64,000 bases of DNA from Somniosus microcephalus (taxonomy: Eukaryota). The position numbers and the translations under genes were made by a program. This document shows, piece after piece, positions 60,895 to 64,000 of this stretch; the stretch's first letter is position 1, and every line of letters begins with the position of its first letter. Below the pieces are notes generated by a model. That model made no database searches. It saw nothing but the letters and a program-made list of their open reading frames with translations, and had not been told where the DNA came from. The DNA is taken from the NCBI GenBank assembly GCA_052327205.1, contig CM126231.1, forward strand, positions 9,982,001 through 10,046,000. The letters run 5' to 3'.

Positions 60895-61360
60895 TATAGA
60901 AACATAGAAGATAGGAGCAGGAGTAGGCCATTCGGCCCCTCGAGCCTGCTCCGCCATTTAATGAGATCATGGCTGATCATCCAAATTCAGTACCCTGTCC
61001 CTGCTTTCTCCCCATATCCCTTGATCCCTTTAGCCTTAAGAAATATATCTAACTCCTTCTTGAATATATTTAATGAATTGGCCTCAACTGCCTTGTGTGG
61101 CGGAGAATTCCACAGGTTCACCACTCTCTGGGTGAAGAAATTCCTCCTCATCTCAGTCCTAAATGGCTTACCCCATATCCTTAGACTGTGACCCCTGGTT
61201 CTAGACTCCCCCGTCATCGGGAACATCCTTCCTGCATCTAGTCTGTCTAGTCCTGTTAGAATTTTATAAGTTTCAATGAGATCCCCTCTCATTCTTCTAA
61301 ACTCTAGCGAATATAAGCCTAATCGACCCACTCTCTCCTCATACGTCATTCCTGCCATCA
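60895..61360 (-). mobile_element. CR1 3' fragment
   Basis: ORF 60987-61457 C-terminal part. Confidence 0.88.
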
Positions 61361-61535
61361 AATGTGAAAGGAAAGAAAGACTTGCATTTATATAGCACCT
61401 CTCATGACCACCGGACATCCCAAAGCGCTTCACAGCCAATGAAGTAAGTGTAGTCACTGTTGCAATTTGGGAAGCACTTGGTTATCTTGATCTATATCTA
61501 TCATTCTAACATCCAGTACCATTCCCAGCCACATA

Positions 61536-61869
61536 CAGGAAACTTTGGTTTATCCGGAGGTTGTATGTCTGGAATACTCGATCTAACGGCAAAAATCAGG
61601 AGCCGTTTTCTATAAGTATTTTTAGTTCTCGTTCTTTTTTTTTTCCCCAGTCAGGCACTGCAAGGTCTGTAGCTATAGCAACAGCTTCAGCTAGAGACGC
61701 TTGCAGCTGCAGCCGACTCTTTAGAAGCTGTTGCTAAGCAACAGTGTTTGTTGTTAGATACGGAGATGAAAACCTCCGTATGCTTCAACATTAACTTTGT
61801 ATGTCCGGCAGTTTTGATAGATCGGCAACACACCGGTCCCGTCGGTGCCGGATATCACAAAGTTTCCTG
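61536..61869 (+). mobile_element. Tigger-like MITE
   Basis: TIR plus TA TSD. Confidence 0.87.
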
Positions 61870-61997
61870 TATTTATCCATCGCCTTTTTGAAACAAATCT
61901 GCTATGACAGTTGAACTTTTATGTGGGCAATGCTGGCAAGTCCGCATCTCCCTAATATTCCTTTTTCACTACTTTATCTTCTTAACGGTCGTTCTGT

Positions 61998-62165
61998 ATA
62001 TTCAAGACAGAGATCGATAGATTTTTGAATATTAAGGGAATTAAGGGATATGGGGATAGTGCAGGAAAATGGAGTTGACGTAGAAGATCAGCCATGACCT
62101 TATTGAATGGCGGAGCAGGCTCGAGGGGCCAAATGGCCCAAACCTGCTCCTATTTCTTGTGCTCT
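61998..62165 (+). mobile_element. CR1 3' tail
   Basis: Family similarity. Confidence 0.75.
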
Positions 62166-62294
62166 TATTAACATACTCCATCCTCGTTTCCTTTGAGGAT
62201 CAGTCTCTAAAGTTCATAAATAAGTGGGGCCCGAATTTATGGTCCAAGTTCCAGTGTTGTCGTGTCTTTCTGAGGCTCTTAAGACTGAATCATA

Positions 62295-63119
62295 GGGGGT
62301 GATTTTCTCACTGGGGAGCTTTTGGAGGCGGGACTCCCACTTGTCGGGTTTCAGTCCCGCCTCCATCAACTTCTGGCCAACCCACGCTATTTTCCCTTGA
62401 TTGACCTTGTTAAGCCTGCCCAGCGGGTTCAGCAGCCCAATTAAGGGAAAGCCGGTTGCAGAGAACATCAGCAAGTGACGTTTCATCTGTCAAAAATTTT
62501 TGACAGATGAATTGTCATCGTTTGACAGCTCTGTGCAGCTGTCAAACACTGACATTCTCTGCAGTTTGATGAGGTCTTGAATTCAAGATCTCATCAAACT
62601 TCTTTCTTTTACAGAAATTAGATGGTTGTTGCATTGGAGAATCCAGCAGCCATCTGTCATCTGCTTCACGGAGGTCTGAGACTCTCCGCATACCCACCGA
62701 TTGAAGCCTGCAGGAAAAAACAAAGGCAAGTAAACTTTTACTAACACTTTACACTTACCTCAGATACTCATCTCTCCACTCTTGCACCCATCACTTACCT
62801 TCATAACACACTTTTGCACAACCCCCCCGACCCCCGCAGACCCACTACTCGCCTCGCTGACCTGGCGGGTTTCAGAGTCTTTGGGAAGCCCGCAGTCGTG
62901 AGGGCAAAAAGGGGATAATCCTATTTTCTGTTTGTTAACTACCTGTTAACAGGCAGTTAATAGGCTTTAATCCCTTCCTGCCTCCAAGGAGACGGGACCC
63001 AGCGCGGGTCGGCTACCCGCCTCCTAGGAAGATGACTTGGGGGCGGGTTGGGCACCCGCCCCTAAATTCTGCCATTTTCCCGGCAGACCCGCCTCCCCAG
63101 GGCTGGCAAAATTGCCCCC
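62295..63119. mobile_element. Harbinger-like MITE, multi-hairpin family, copy 2
   Basis: GGGGGTGATTTT/AAAATTGCCCCC ends, flanks ATA/TTA; internal homology to 52039-52867. Confidence 0.75.
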
Positions 63120-63355
63120 TTAGACCCCAGTTTTGGCGCTACCACCTTACTGTTAGACATTTGTTGGGCACTATGCAGAGTTACCCTATCGTGTGGGAGG
63201 AGGATGCCAGGACCTGCTGCCTTGTCGCTAGGAATGTCAACTTGTATGGGCAAAGTCAACTTCTGCTTGGTCCAAAGGGCGTTCCACATCTGGTGGTTGA
63301 CAGTACCCTGCAGATTGAACTCCCATGCAGAGGAAGAGTGTGCAAGAGTGTATTA

Positions 63356-63682
63356 CAGGAAACTTTCTGGTATCCGGCACGGACGGGACCGACGTGGTGC
63401 CGGTTCATCAACAATTCCGGATAACCGAACGCTATAGTAAAAGATACGGAGCTCAGAGCTCCGTATAAAGCAACAAACCCTATTGCTTAGCTTCAAAACA
63501 ATCGACACAAGTTGCAAGCGTCTCTGTAGCTTAGCAACAGCTTCAGCTACACCCTTGCACAGCAACAAATGGAGTGAAAAAAGTAACTAAAAGTAAAAAA
63601 AGTTACCTGAACCGACTCCTGAATTTTGCCGGTGAATAGAGCGTTCCGGTTATTTAGGGGCCGGGAAATTGAAAGTTTCCTG
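63356..63682 (-). mobile_element. Tigger-like MITE
   Basis: Reverse complement of 42934-43251; TA TSD. Confidence 0.88.
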
Positions 63683-63754
63683 TAAATGGCCTTCAAAGCA
63701 GATAACTTCTTGAAATGGATTTTGAGAGGGAAGAGAAAGCAAGAGATAAGTGCA

Positions 63755-64000
63755 CGGTAGCAGAGTGGTTATGTTACTGGACTAGTAATCCCAAGGCCTG
63801 GACTAATGATCTGGAAGACATGAGCTCAAGTCCCACCACGGCAGCTGGGCAATTTAAATTCAGTTAATTAAATACATCTAGGATAGACAACGCTAGTGTC
63901 AGTAATGGTGACCATGAAACTACTGGACTGTCATAAAATCCCATCTGGTTCACTAATGTCCTTTAGGGAAGGAAATCTGCTGGTCTGGCCGGTATGTGAC
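63755..64000 (+). mobile_element. tRNA-derived SINE (12020 family), runs off the window
   Basis: GGTAGCAGAGTGGTTATGTTACTGGACTAGTAATCC head and shared body. Confidence 0.75.

Overview
Eukaryotic, repeat-dominated non-coding DNA, almost certainly from a cartilaginous fish (shark-type V-SINE/HE1-like SINEs, Deu-domain SINEs, CR1, L2, RTE and Penelope families). No host protein-coding gene can be confidently identified, so this is intronic or intergenic sequence, and nearly all ORFs in the track are transposon fragments or chance ORFs. The main structure is a young, full-length compact Gypsy LTR retrotransposon (34826-42101, minus strand; 289-bp LTRs, ATAAT TSD) with a 2.9-kb CR1 inserted in its integrase. 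It has no tRNA primer-binding site; in that position is a 13-nt sequence complementary to its own LTR poly(A) signal, and its RT motif is YLDN. Other notable features are Penelope-associated minimal hammerhead-ribozyme motifs, a 5'-inverted (twin-primed) RTE with a solo LTR at the inversion junction, a decayed intron-containing Harbinger Myb/SANT gene with several 3-bp-TSD MITE families, seven TA-TSD Tigger-like MITEs, three further solo-LTR types, and two assembly gaps. All calls were made by eye. Boundaries of TSD-delimited elements were read directly; boundaries of decayed fragments are approximate.
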